A stretch of DNA of 64,000 nt from Malacoraja senta (Eukaryota), in NCBI GenBank assembly GCA_038087875.1, contig CM075992.1, positions 6,698,001-6,762,000 of the forward strand, given 5' to 3'. The notes under the pieces were generated by a model. That model was not told where the DNA came from. It was given only the letters and a program-made list of their open reading frames with translations, and did no database searches. Every line of letters begins with the position of its first letter. The first letter of the stretch is position 1. The position numbers and the translations under genes were made by a program. Positions 63,826-64,000 of this stretch are shown here, piece after piece.

Positions 63826-64000
63826 GAGAGAGAGAGAGAGAGAGACAGTGAGAAATAGAGAGAGAGTGAAAGAGAGAGAAATAGAGATAAATAGAGAGAA
63901 TAGAGAAAGAAACAGAAAGGGAGAGAGTGAGAAATAGAGATAGAGAGAAATAGAGAGAGAGAGAGAAAGAAATAGTTGGAAATAGAGAGCGAGAGAGAGA
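63826..64000 (+). repeat. Imperfect (GA)n microsatellite
   Basis: Direct inspection. Confidence 0.95.

Noticed and set aside
48900..64000. SMARCA4 coding exons
   Set aside because: No recognisable SMARCA4 N-terminal peptide found; the region looks intronic or intergenic

Overview
Repeat-rich vertebrate genomic DNA. The HE1-like V-SINEs, CR1 LINE tails and Penelope-like repeats point to a cartilaginous fish, probably a skate or ray (inference). Genes on +: the last four coding exons of CARM1 (2634-2746, 5364-5441, 12304-12372, 16510-16652) and two-exon TIMM29 (25121-25271, 27814-28420), which has an apparent 1-nt frameshift in a G7 run. A second CpG-island promoter lies at about 48.4-48.9 kb; by mammalian synteny it could belong to SMARCA4, but no coding exon is seen. 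YIPF2, which lies between CARM1 and TIMM29 in human, was not recognised. The most interesting signal is a set of small retroelements carrying self-cleaving ribozyme-like folds. (i) Many ~100-250 bp asymmetric fold-back insertions with 10-14 bp TSDs derive from the 3' terminal repeat of Neptune-type Penelope-like elements and carry a minimal hammerhead core. (ii) A ~165 bp element begins with a complete HDV-like double pseudoknot (29160-29213). (iii) An internally deleted RTE-like element has a related fold. Also present: a defective IR/DR Tc1, several MITEs, a 333-bp local inverted templated duplication, and a 200-N gap. All calls were made by eye; no database searches were run.
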